A stretch of 51,939 nucleotides of DNA, taken from Desulfatiglandales bacterium (GTDB taxonomy: Bacteria; Desulfobacterota; DSM-4660; Desulfatiglandales; HGW-15). Made by a program: the position numbers and the translations under genes. Location of the stretch: contig JAQYVK010000191.1 of assembly GCA_030145585.1 (NCBI GenBank), forward strand, positions 1 through 51,939, given 5' to 3'. This document shows positions 1-8,852 of the stretch, one piece after another. Every line of letters starts with the position of its first letter. Within the stretch, counting starts at the first letter, position 1. Under the pieces are notes generated by a model. The model did no database searches. It had not been told where the DNA came from and was given only the letters and a program-made list of their open reading frames with translations.

Positions 1-803
1 ACTATCTTGACCGGTCGGCCTGTCTTTTGAGCCAGTTTAACGGCAGCGAAATCCACATCAAAGGGATCATGTTTCCCTGAGAAGGCCCCCCCGACAAATG
101 GATTGATGATTCGCATTTTGGCCAGGGGGATCCCAAATGCCCGGCACATGTGGCGCCATGTGATGTAGGGGCTTTGTTTAGACCCCTGTAGAAGAATCCT
201 ACCTGACGGATCCATTTCCGCCAAACAAGCGTGTGGCTCGATAAAACCGACCGTCACCCGCTGTGAGCTAAACCTTTCCTCTTTAATAAGGTCCGCTTTA
301 CTGAATCCTTTTTCTACGTCCCCAAAGATGAAATCGGAAGAATAAGCGACATTGCTCTTCTTGAATTCATTCACCGCCGGTGCATCTGGTTTCAATGCGT
401 CTTCTGCTGTCAAGACGACAGGCAATTCCTCATATTCCACTTTAATCAGATCAAGGGCCTCTTCGGCGGTGTCTTCGTCCATCGCAGCAACGGCTGCAAC
501 GCCCTCACCAAAATGGTGGACTTTCGTGATGGGCATAGGGAGTTGATCTCTCGTGTCCGGTCTGGTGCCGAACGGCTCTCCCGGGAAATCCGCCCCAGTA
601 ATGGCCGCCATGACACCTGGAAGCCTCTCTGCTTTGCTCGTGTCAATATTGAGAATTTTTGCATGGGCATGGGGGCTTCTTAGGAATTTCCCATGCAACA
701 TGCCTGGTGCAATGAGATCTCCTGCGAATCTCGCCGTACCCGTGACCTTTACCCTCCCGTCAGTCCTTTCCACGGATTTTCCAACAACGGAATACTCTCC
801 CAT
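1..803 (-). CDS. xanthine dehydrogenase / aldehyde oxidase family molybdopterin-binding subunit, N-terminal part (3' end runs off the window)
   Basis: Not in the ORF track because no stop codon lies in the window. Hand translation from the ATG at 803-801 gives MGEYSVVGKSVERTDGRVKVTGTARFAGDLIAPGMLHGKFLRSPHAHAKILNIDTSKAERLPGV...AAVKLAQKTGRPVKI. This looks like the typical a/b-hammerhead N-terminus of Mo-hydroxylase large subunits. An AAAGGA Shine-Dalgarno-like sequence lies just upstream. Confidence 0.8.
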   Translation of the reverse strand, partial: MGEYSVVGKSVERTDGRVKVTGTARFAGDLIAPGMLHGKFLRSPHAHAKILNIDTSKAERLPGVMAAITGADFPGEPFGTRPDTRDQLPMPITKVHHFGEGVAAVAAMDEDTAEEALDLIKVEYEELPVVLTAEDALKPDAPAVNEFKKSNVAYSSDFIFGDVEKGFSKADLIKEERFSSQRVTVGFIEPHACLAEMDPSGRILLQGSKQSPYITWRHMCRAFGIPLAKMRIINPFVGGAFSGKHDPFDVDFAAVKLAQKTGRPVKI

Positions 804-874
804 AACTCTACGCATCCTTTCTTTGACCGATCATTCTTTCTGTAACAACCCTTCAATGGATTTTAAAAGACCAT

Positions 875-1162
875 TTATCCGCCCCCTTGAGCCAAGACCC
901 TGATGGTCACAGTGTCCCCATCATTTAGATATTTCTCTATCCCTTCCTCGAAATCCTGATAAGGGACGTCGTTAATCTCGACTTCCCAGTCATCTGGATC
1001 TAGTCTGTCCGCTCCGGGCGCTACATAATCCAGAGGGTCGGGTGACAATTTCGACAAGTTTTCAAGGAATTCTCGCACTGTGACTCTGGAACCGGACAAC
1101 TCAAAGCTCTCCTCATCTTCAATGCCAGGGATCATAAAATTGGATTTAATCATGATTTTCAT
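875..1162 (-). CDS. MoaD/ThiS-family ubiquitin-like beta-grasp protein ending in Gly-Gly-Gly
   Basis: 95-aa acidic protein whose C-terminus is ...TVTIRVLAQGGG. Its size and terminal diglycine fit sulfur-carrier / Ubl beta-grasp proteins. It lies 71 nt upstream of the Mo-enzyme gene on the same strand. Confidence 0.65.
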   Translation of the reverse strand: MKIMIKSNFMIPGIEDEESFELSGSRVTVREFLENLSKLSPDPLDYVAPGADRLDPDDWEVEINDVPYQDFEEGIEKYLNDGDTVTIRVLAQGGG

Positions 1163-1235
1163 GGTCGGAGTATAAGGAAACGGGCTATGTGTGTCAAGGA
1201 TAGGAGCGGCACAGATTGCTTGGGTCGGGGTCTTT

Positions 1236-1760
1236 TTATTCCGGCGCTTTGGTTGTCGCTAAAACCTTTTTAATCCGCTCGTTTAAATGAAAAAGGAGAT
1301 CCAGTTCCAAACCTTCCTTTTCGCGGAGGGGGGCAATTTTATGAGGATTGATTTGATCTGTTACTTTTTTGCAGAGATAATTGATGCAGATGACCTGGCG
1401 GGATAGAAGACCGCATCCCTCTTTCCCAAGGAAAAAACAACCTAATGGATCTTGTCTCCGACCGGGGATTAGATGGCCCAATAAAAGGTTGATGAGAAGA
1501 AGGAGACCCGTGTACCTATTTTCCAGCCCGGCCCCGCAGCATGATCCCCCATCCTTTTCCTCACAAAGTCTGCAGGATTCAACGATACCCGTATGGGCCA
1601 TCTCCATGTGTGAGGCACGAATAGCCCCCTTCAGCTCCCTTAAAAGAAAATCGACCTCCTCATCCCGGAGAAGGTCGGCTCCCCTTTCCCGGTGACAATT
1701 CTCGGCCCAGGTTATCTTCTCTTCAATGGGACTCTCGATCGGAATTTCTTTTACGGTCAT
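1236..1760 (-). CDS. Cys-rich protein with a CxxC-x7-CC motif (YkgJ / UPF0153-like putative Zn/Fe-chelating domain)
   Basis: 174 aa. Contains CRLCEEKDGGSCCGAG plus GCGLLSRQVICINYLC, resembling the CxxCxxCC family. Its start overlaps the stop of the upstream Lon-like gene by 4 nt (1757-1760). Confidence 0.55.
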   Translation of the reverse strand: MTVKEIPIESPIEEKITWAENCHRERGADLLRDEEVDFLLRELKGAIRASHMEMAHTGIVESCRLCEEKDGGSCCGAGLENRYTGLLLLINLLLGHLIPGRRQDPLGCFFLGKEGCGLLSRQVICINYLCKKVTDQINPHKIAPLREKEGLELDLLFHLNERIKKVLATTKAPE

Positions 1761-4249
1761 ATGGCGTTGTCAGTTTTCGGTTTTTCCTTTTTCTGTTTCC
1801 CTTTCTTCTTCTCTTCCTTTTCTTCCTCCCCGAACTTTTTGAGCCCCTCTGCCAGTTTTTTCAATCTATCATTCACCAGAAAGTTGATTGTCCCCTTCGG
1901 GTAGGTCCCGTCAGGCTTCAATTCCCCAGCCTCTTTACCTGTCAGAATCCCGATGCCTTCATCAATGGTTTTTGCCGAATAGATGTGAAATTCCCCTTTT
2001 TTGACCGCCTCCACCACATCCTTTCGAAGCATCAGGTCTTTGACATTGCTCTCCGGTATCATGACGCCCTGTTGTCCGGTCTGTCCCAAATGACAGCAGC
2101 AATCATAGAATCCTTCGATCTTGTGATTGACCCCACCGATGGCCTGAACCTCGCCCTTCTGGTTTACGGACCCAGTCACTGCTATAGACTGCTTTATGGG
2201 AACGCCGGAAAGGCTGGAGAGGAGGGCGTAGATTTCGGTCGATGAAGCGCTATCCCCATCCACACCGCTATAGGACTGTTCGAACGCAATGCTGGCGCTC
2301 ATGGTCAGGGGTTTATCTTGGGCATATTTTCTTCTCAGATATCCACCCAAGATCAGGATGCCCTTATTGTGGGTACTTCCCGACATGTCCGCTTCCCGTT
2401 CAATGTTGATGATGCCCTCGCGACCCATGGATGTCGTGGCCGTAATTCGAGAAGGCTTCCCGAACATGTAGTCTCCCATGCTATATACAGCGAGCCCATT
2501 GACCTGACCTACCGTCTCCCCGTCCACATCGATCATGAGAGTCCCGCGATCAATCATCTCCTGAATGCGTTCTTCAACCCTGTTGGACCGGTAGATCCTG
2601 GCTTCAATGGCCTTATCCACGTGCTTTTCCCGAACCAGAGACTCCCCTTCCTCACCGGCCCAGAAATCGGCCTCACGGATGAGGTCGGTTACCGCAGGGA
2701 AACTGGTCGATATCTTCTCCTGCCTCCCAGTCATGCGAACCGCATGTTCGACCAGTGCAGCCACCGCCGTACTGTCCATGGGTTTCAGCTTATCCTCATC
2801 GTTTTTCATTTTGATGAACTCTGCAAATTGACGGATAGAGTCATCGTTTTTATCCATAGAATTGTCAAAATCCGCCCTCACCTTAAAGATCTTTGGAACG
2901 TCCGCGTCATAATGCTGGGCCACGTGATACATGTACTCATCAGAGATAATGACCACCTTGATATCCATATCTATGGGTTCCGGTTTTAAACCGCTGGTGG
3001 TAAACAGGTAAAAAGGATCATAGGTCTCAATCTCCATCTGCTTGGTTTTCAAAGATCTCTTAAGCGCCGGCCAAACGCCCGGCTCCATAACGGCATCCAG
3101 AAGATTCAGGACCAGATAGCCCCCATTGGCCTTGATAAAAGATCCCACCTTGATTTTACTGAAATCTGTCTTCCATACCCCGCTTCGATCAACGACCCTC
3201 TCAATACTTCCAAATAGGTTACGATAAGTGGGGTAGGACTCGACCAGAACGGGAGGACCCTTTTGATCTCCATTTTCCACCAAGAGGTTGATCTGATAGG
3301 GATGAAAAGGATCGCCCTCAGGCTGCATCAGAGGCATGCCCGGTATGGCCGGCTGGGCCTGGGGAAGAAAGGCCTGGAGATTCTCGGTCATGTCATCGAG
3401 CATGTCCGCGAAGTATTGATCAATCTTTTTGTTATTATATCTTTTTTTTACGGGAGTTGCGACCTGTGTGGCTACTTTCTCGAACATGAGGCGGTCCATC
3501 TTCTCTACATTCTCCTGGACCCCTTTCTGTAGATCCCTGAGTTCCAGGAAAATCTGATCGACACCCTCCCTCAATTCGGCATGTTTCTTTTTCAAACCCT
3601 CGAATTCTTCCTTGGGGAACCTCCCTTTTTCTACCATCCCCTCCACCTGGTCGATATGCACGGGATTCCCGTCGACCAGGGGCATGACCTCGGGTCGTTT
3701 GATCTGTCCAGCCTGGACATCAACGAGCGCGAAACCCTCCTCCTTGACTTTCAGTTCAAGATCTTTGAAGAAGGATTTTCCACTCTTCTCATACTCCTGC
3801 ATGATCTCTTTTTTTCGATTAAGATATTCCTGACTCTCAAAAAGCCGCGGGACATCCTTCTTCAATGTATCAACGAAATCGCGAACATCCTGCTTGAATT
3901 TACTTCCCATTCCCGCCTTGAGACGCATGAGAATGGGAGCCTCGGGACTCTTGAAGTTATTGACGTAGCACAGGTCATCCGGCATCTCACCCTCTTTCTT
4001 GGCCATCTCTTCAAGCAATTTTTTGACGGTGGACATTCTCCCCGTGCCAGATGTCCCCGTGACAAAAACATTGTATCCAGGTTTGTCTATCCCCATCCCA
4101 AAACGGAAGGCCTCCACCCCCCTTTTTTGGCCGATGATCTCTTTGAGAGGCTTGAGGTCCTCGGTAGTCTCAAATGATAATGTCGCAGGATCAAGTCTCC
4201 ATCTGAGTTTATCAACGGGCACTTCATTAACTGATTTTTTTCTTGGCAT
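1757..4249 (-). CDS. Lon-like protease with degenerate AAA-like domain and long helical insertion (LonC-type)
   Basis: 830 aa. The P-loop-like GTSGTGRMS has Arg where the Walker A Lys is expected. A Lys/Glu-rich helical insert of about 150 aa follows it. The C-terminal Lon proteolytic domain carries GVDGDSASS (catalytic Ser) and GGVNHKIEGF (catalytic Lys). The protein ends in a KE-rich tail. Confidence 0.85.
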   Translation of the reverse strand: MPRKKSVNEVPVDKLRWRLDPATLSFETTEDLKPLKEIIGQKRGVEAFRFGMGIDKPGYNVFVTGTSGTGRMSTVKKLLEEMAKKEGEMPDDLCYVNNFKSPEAPILMRLKAGMGSKFKQDVRDFVDTLKKDVPRLFESQEYLNRKKEIMQEYEKSGKSFFKDLELKVKEEGFALVDVQAGQIKRPEVMPLVDGNPVHIDQVEGMVEKGRFPKEEFEGLKKKHAELREGVDQIFLELRDLQKGVQENVEKMDRLMFEKVATQVATPVKKRYNNKKIDQYFADMLDDMTENLQAFLPQAQPAIPGMPLMQPEGDPFHPYQINLLVENGDQKGPPVLVESYPTYRNLFGSIERVVDRSGVWKTDFSKIKVGSFIKANGGYLVLNLLDAVMEPGVWPALKRSLKTKQMEIETYDPFYLFTTSGLKPEPIDMDIKVVIISDEYMYHVAQHYDADVPKIFKVRADFDNSMDKNDDSIRQFAEFIKMKNDEDKLKPMDSTAVAALVEHAVRMTGRQEKISTSFPAVTDLIREADFWAGEEGESLVREKHVDKAIEARIYRSNRVEERIQEMIDRGTLMIDVDGETVGQVNGLAVYSMGDYMFGKPSRITATTSMGREGIINIEREADMSGSTHNKGILILGGYLRRKYAQDKPLTMSASIAFEQSYSGVDGDSASSTEIYALLSSLSGVPIKQSIAVTGSVNQKGEVQAIGGVNHKIEGFYDCCCHLGQTGQQGVMIPESNVKDLMLRKDVVEAVKKGEFHIYSAKTIDEGIGILTGKEAGELKPDGTYPKGTINFLVNDRLKKLAEGLKKFGEEEKEEKKKGKQKKEKPKTDNAI

Positions 4250-4466
4250 CTAGGACCTCCTCATTCCTGTCAGTTGTCTGTCTTGATTTATCTGTCATGG
4301 GTTTCATTGGCTCGTTGCAGGTCAATGGTCACCGACCGGGCGGGAATCGAGATGCAACCGGTAAAAAAGGACCTCCCCCACATACAGCCCAACCTTTTTC
4401 CTTCCGGTTCACCATGATGTATATTGAAGAAGACGCTTTGAGAACTCACCACCTGCAACCATAGAC

Positions 4467-4913
4467 TTACTTGATCCTGATTCTGATTGCAGGTGCCGAC
4501 ATCTCCTTACATTTCGGCAATACGATGCTTAAAACCCCTTTCTTATAGGTGGCATGAACATCATCTGCGACAATCTTACAGGGGAGATGAAGGGATCGGG
4601 AGAAAAACCCATACCGTCTTTCCATCCTGTGGTAATCTCCCCTTTCCTCGTTATCTCCCTGTTTCATCTCTCCTTTGATGGTGAGAATATTCTCATTGAT
4701 GGATATTTCTAGATCATCTGGATTAATTCCCGGGACTTCAGCCCTGATGATCAAAGTCTCCTCCGTCTCGGACAGGTCAATCGAGGGCATTTCTCTCTCT
4801 ATACGTGTTGAGAGAGGCATACCGAAGTCGTCCCACAACTTGTCGAAAAGACGGTCTATATCCTTTCTCAGTTTATTGATCTCTTGATTTTTCCATAAGA
4901 TCAGCCCTGCCAT
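4467..4913 (-). CDS. Hsp20/alpha-crystallin family small heat-shock protein
   Basis: 148 aa with a typical alpha-crystallin domain core (IDLSETEETLIIRAEVPGINPDDLEISINENILTIKGE...GVLSIVLPK). Confidence 0.9.
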   Translation of the reverse strand: MAGLILWKNQEINKLRKDIDRLFDKLWDDFGMPLSTRIEREMPSIDLSETEETLIIRAEVPGINPDDLEISINENILTIKGEMKQGDNEERGDYHRMERRYGFFSRSLHLPCKIVADDVHATYKKGVLSIVLPKCKEMSAPAIRIRIK

Positions 4914-5414
4914 GATTTATCCTCCTATTTGAACGCCTAAAGGGTTGCGATAAATCCAATTATTACCTCCATATTAGAAATTACCCTTACAATATGCAAG
5001 AGATTTTTACCCTTTTCCGTCCCCACCCGGTTTTCAAATATTCCTCTGGCCTTATTTCCCCAAATTACCCGTTTATCCGATAAAGAACCCTCACTGAATA
5101 AGAAGGCACCTTTAGCCCATGCATCCCCACTTTTACAAAATCCCATCAAGAATGAGCGGCGGCCCCCGAAAAACCCCTGATTCCAACAGGTTGGGAAAAT
5201 TCAGCCCAATCTCCCCTTTTTTCCTTATATGAAGGCATGCAGTATTGATTGATGGTTTCGCTTTCTGAAGAGAAATCGAGGATTGGAGGTAAAGAGGATT
5301 GGCATTCTATTGACAAAAAACGGTCGGAAGCTCTTGATATTATTTGCGATAAGGGCTGAAAGTATATATAACCTGTCTCAACACAGGTTCTATTCAAACG
5401 ATCGGGAGTGGGGT

Positions 5415-6665
5415 TTGGACAAAAAATTCATAGCATCATCGAGCAAAGACGCACCCAGATTTTTTTACGGTTACGTGATCGTTTTCGTGGCATTTTCGCT
5501 TCAGGTCTTTGGTTGGGGCGTATTTAACAGTTTCGGGGTCTTTTTCAAACCTTTGGAGACGGAATTTGTCTGGTCGCGGGCAGTGGTCTCTAGTGCTATG
5601 TCATTTGGTTTTCTGGTTGCGGGGTTTGCCAGTATTCTTATGGGAGAGTTGAACGACAGGTTCGGTCCAAGGCTGATCATGACAGGAGGCGGTGTCCTGT
5701 TGGGGTTGGGTTATCTATTGATGTCAACGGTATCTGCATTGTGGGAGTATTATTTATATTGCACGGTCATTATCGGCATCGGAATAAGCGGCACAGATGT
5801 TGTCGTCCTATCTACGACAGCAAGATGGTTTATTAAAAAACGGAGTATGTTGACCGGTATTATTAAGGTGGGTACGGGTGTCGGCATGATGGTTATGCCC
5901 CTCTTCATAAACCGACTCGTCACCAACTACGGATGGCGAACCTCTTTTTTGATTCTGGGTGTGATCATCTTAATCTTTTATGTGGCCCTTTCTCAATGCC
6001 TGGTGCGAGATCCAGCCAAAATGGGGCTCTCTCCGGACGGGGTGAAGGATGAAGAACCTGCAAACCATACGTCAGTGGAGGTGGGTCTTACGATCAAGGA
6101 AGCCGTTCGAACATCACAGTTGTGGAAAATATGCGCTGTATATTCTTTTCTTATGTTTTCTATAGCCACGATTATGTTTCATATTGTTCCTATTGCCATT
6201 GATCTCGGGATTTCGGCGGCCAATGCCGCCAATGTCCTTGCAACGGTGGGTTCTGTAAGCATCGCCGGCAGGTTTGTGATGGGGGCTGCCGGCGACAAGA
6301 TTGGGACAAAATCTTCCCTGGTGATTTGTTTTCTGTTTTTATTGTCAGGCCTGATCTGGTTGCAGTTTTCGACGACACTTTGGATGTTATTGCTGTTTGC
6401 TGTGATACACGGTTTTGCCCACGGCGGTTTCTTTGCGCTGATTTCACCTCTTCTGGCTGATTTTTTTGGTACCCGCTCACATGGCGCCATATTCGGTGTG
6501 CTGACATTCATCTCCGGGATAGGTTCTGCAGTAGGGCCTGTCATGGCCGGGTATATGTTCGACACAACAGGCAGCTATGAACGCGTATTTTTAGTCTTAA
6601 CCGGAATGAGTATCGCAGGGCTTGTCGCCACATTTTCATTAAAACCCATCATTCGAGAATCATGA
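5415..6665 (+). CDS. MFS transporter, oxalate/formate antiporter (OFA)-like
   Basis: About 12 predicted TM helices and an OFA-like N-terminus (FFYGYVIVFVAFSLQVFGWGVFNSFGVFFKPLETEF). The ORF is open from 5283. I prefer the TTG at 5415, which is preceded by GGGAG at 5404-5408. The start is uncertain. Confidence 0.8.
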   Translation: MDKKFIASSSKDAPRFFYGYVIVFVAFSLQVFGWGVFNSFGVFFKPLETEFVWSRAVVSSAMSFGFLVAGFASILMGELNDRFGPRLIMTGGGVLLGLGYLLMSTVSALWEYYLYCTVIIGIGISGTDVVVLSTTARWFIKKRSMLTGIIKVGTGVGMMVMPLFINRLVTNYGWRTSFLILGVIILIFYVALSQCLVRDPAKMGLSPDGVKDEEPANHTSVEVGLTIKEAVRTSQLWKICAVYSFLMFSIATIMFHIVPIAIDLGISAANAANVLATVGSVSIAGRFVMGAAGDKIGTKSSLVICFLFLLSGLIWLQFSTTLWMLLLFAVIHGFAHGGFFALISPLLADFFGTRSHGAIFGVLTFISGIGSAVGPVMAGYMFDTTGSYERVFLVLTGMSIAGLVATFSLKPIIRES

Positions 6666-7304
6666 CGAGGCTGTGCTATGCACAAAATTTTCTATGAGGC
6701 TTCCTGAAGTGACGACCGTACCAAAAAATTTTCTAATGTTATTCAGGGTTGCTGCATGCTCCTCTTCATCATAGGCACCACAACAATCTTCTACGAAAAC
6801 AACATTGTAGTCTCGATTATATCCGTCCCTTGCCGTTGTTTCCACACAGACATTCGTCGCAACCCCCGTGACAAGGATATTCTCAATCCCTTTACTTCGG
6901 AGGATGAGATTCAGATCCGTTCCCACAAAGGCGCTGTAACGATGCTTCGTTACGATACAATCGTTTTCCTGCGGTTCTACGGTAAAGAATTGACTCCCAA
7001 ATTCGTTTGGGGGACAGATCCTCATCTTCTCCCCCGATCCCTCCAATCTTTTCCCCCAGGAGGGAGAATTGGTCCATGGACTGTGGATTGTTTGGATAAA
7101 AATAATGGGTATTTCGCATTCCCGGCATTTTCTGATGAGGGTGGAAAGATTTTTTACCGCCTGCTGAACTTGGTCGAGATTCGCCTCTCTGTATTTTGCA
7201 AACACACCTTTACTGTGACAAAAATCATTTTGTACATCAACCACGATTAAAGCCGTATTTGAGTTTTGCAGGGGATAGATCCCTAACGTTGTTATATCCG
7301 ACAT
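6660..7304 (-). CDS. isochorismatase-family cysteine hydrolase
   Basis: Contains TALIVVDVQNDFCH and a C-terminal VTGVATNVCVETTARD motif (catalytic Cys). The ATG at 7304 is preceded by GGAGG with 8-nt spacing. The GTG at 7319 in the ORF track is less likely. Confidence 0.85.
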   Translation of the reverse strand: MSDITTLGIYPLQNSNTALIVVDVQNDFCHSKGVFAKYREANLDQVQQAVKNLSTLIRKCRECEIPIIFIQTIHSPWTNSPSWGKRLEGSGEKMRICPPNEFGSQFFTVEPQENDCIVTKHRYSAFVGTDLNLILRSKGIENILVTGVATNVCVETTARDGYNRDYNVVFVEDCCGAYDEEEHAATLNNIRKFFGTVVTSGSLIENFVHSTASS

Positions 7305-7412
7305 TTTATTTTCCTCCACGACGAAAGGTTACTTTCTCTCTGAATCCGGCACAACATTCTTAAGAATAGGAGTCGGAAGTCATACGCCGGAATCCAGAAT
7401 AGGTACGATATA

Positions 7413-7755
7413 AAAATGACAAATGTCAAAATCCAAATGACAAATCAAATCTAAATGATTAAATGCCTAAATGATTCCTTGAAGAACCCTGTCCAAATCT
7501 CGGGACTTGTCCTGCTGTTCATGAGAACAACCGCTGCCCTGCTGAAGACCTCCTTCAGCCCGACAGCCAGAATTAGCCTGTTTAATTGGGGAGCTTCGCA
7601 TTTAAATCCTTCTGGCCATTCAGTCTCGTGCATAGCACGATGGATCATCATCGTTGAAAGTTAGAGGTGTTCCATCTATTTCACGTCAAACAGCGCTCGG
7701 TTTGGATTTTGATCTTTGACATTCATTTGACATTTGAGCTTTGGCATTTGGAATT
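7413..7755. repeat. inverted arrays of degenerate heptamers, (NNNCAAA)n at 7414-7476 and (TTTGNNN)n at 7701-7753, flanking a 220-bp spacer
   Basis: Left arm reads aaatgac aaatgtc aaaatcc aaatgac aaatc... Right arm reads tttggat tttgatc tttgaca ttca tttgaca tttgagc tttggca tttggaa. There is 12-bp perfect complementarity between tcaaaatccaaa (7425-7436) and tttggattttga (7701-7712). The spacer holds a 7-bp hairpin, GCTGAAG-acctc-CTTCAGC, at 7541-7559. Confidence 0.6.
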
Positions 7756-7839
7756 AAATACTCATATTTTATAAAAGCTTCGTGTCTTGGTAAACATGGC
7801 GCTTGCTTAATTCAGGTTTTCCTTTTTATTACAAGCCCA

Positions 7840-8841
7840 TCATATGGGCAGCCTCAAAAGATTTCTGGCATTCGTTTCAAATATTTGCTTTTTCTCATTT
7901 TCATCGATCTCCATCTGATCGATGGCTTCTATGGTTTGCCTCGTGTACCTTTCACCAAACTGACTGTCGTATGGGAAATCACTTCCGAACAACATGTTGT
8001 CTACACCACAAAAATCCCGGGTACACATCAGACCGGGCGTATGGCCATAAATGGCCGTATCATAATAGAAGCACTTCTTAAAATAATCAATTGGGGCCCT
8101 CGTAAGTCCCTGTTTGTATTTCGCTCCGCGCATCATCTCTGCGTGATCAAACGCCCCAATGATTCTTTGTTCCAAAAAGGGGACCATACCACCTGCGTGG
8201 TGTACGATGAATCTCAAGTTTGGGAATTTCTCGAATACCCCGCTAAACACCAAGCGTGTCATAGCCGCTGCTGTCTCATAGGGCCAACCAAATATGTGGA
8301 AAATCATCAATCTGGATTTCTTTTCTGTTTTGTAATCTGAAAAGTCCACGGTTCTCATGGGATGGATCCAGATAGGAAGATTGTATTGAGACATCTTCTC
8401 ATAGATGGGCATGAATTCAGGGGCATCCAGAGGCTTGTCGTTTATTGGCGTATTAAGTTGTGCCCCTCTGAATTTCAAATCATTGACGGCCCTGTCGATC
8501 TCCCTGAGGGAGGCATCCACGTTATTTACCGGAAGACAAGCGATCGCTGCCACAAATCTATCAGGATACTTGAGGACCAGTTCCGCCATCCCATCATTTG
8601 CCAGCTTTGCAAAATCTGGAGACTTCTCCGAATTGGAAAACTCCTCCACAGCGGGGGAGCTTAGTGTCAATACTTGTATCAGGCCCTCAAATTTATCCAT
8701 CACCCTAAACCTGTGGTCGAGATCATACATCGTGGGAAGCGTGTCGATGACATCCTGTAAATTAATCCGAGTGTCGGTTAACTTATAGAGAGCATCCTTG
8801 TATCCTTTTGGTAGTATGTGCGCTCCTATATCAATCTTCAT
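7840..8841 (-). CDS. amidohydrolase-2 family protein (ACMSD/LigW-like metal-dependent decarboxylase or hydrolase)
   Basis: 333 aa. The N-terminus MKIDIGAHILP and the HHAGG / FGSDFP motifs are typical of the PF04909-type amidohydrolase-2 fold. A GGAG Shine-Dalgarno sequence lies upstream. Confidence 0.8.
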   Translation of the reverse strand: MKIDIGAHILPKGYKDALYKLTDTRINLQDVIDTLPTMYDLDHRFRVMDKFEGLIQVLTLSSPAVEEFSNSEKSPDFAKLANDGMAELVLKYPDRFVAAIACLPVNNVDASLREIDRAVNDLKFRGAQLNTPINDKPLDAPEFMPIYEKMSQYNLPIWIHPMRTVDFSDYKTEKKSRLMIFHIFGWPYETAAAMTRLVFSGVFEKFPNLRFIVHHAGGMVPFLEQRIIGAFDHAEMMRGAKYKQGLTRAPIDYFKKCFYYDTAIYGHTPGLMCTRDFCGVDNMLFGSDFPYDSQFGERYTRQTIEAIDQMEIDENEKKQIFETNARNLLRLPI

Positions 8842-8852
8842 TTTTCAAGCTC

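Noticed and set aside
2318-4177. Long plus-strand ORFs (223 aa at 2318-2989 and 198 aa at 3581-4177) opposite the Lon-like gene.
   Set aside because: They lie entirely antisense to a CDS with clear Lon motifs. Their translations are low-complexity with no recognisable domains. They are typical shadow ORFs.
4937-5397. 70- and 83-aa minus-strand ORFs in the hsp20 / MFS divergent spacer.
   Set aside because: There are no RBSs and no recognisable motifs. They lie in what is most simply a 500-bp divergent promoter region. I also looked for CIRCE, sigma-32 and sigma-54 consensus elements there and found no convincing match.
5283-5414. N-terminal 44-aa extension of the MFS transporter, from the TTG at 5283.
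   Set aside because: The extension is hydrophilic, with no Shine-Dalgarno sequence. It precedes a better start, a TTG at 5415 with GGGAG at 6-nt spacing. I kept it as an alternative only.
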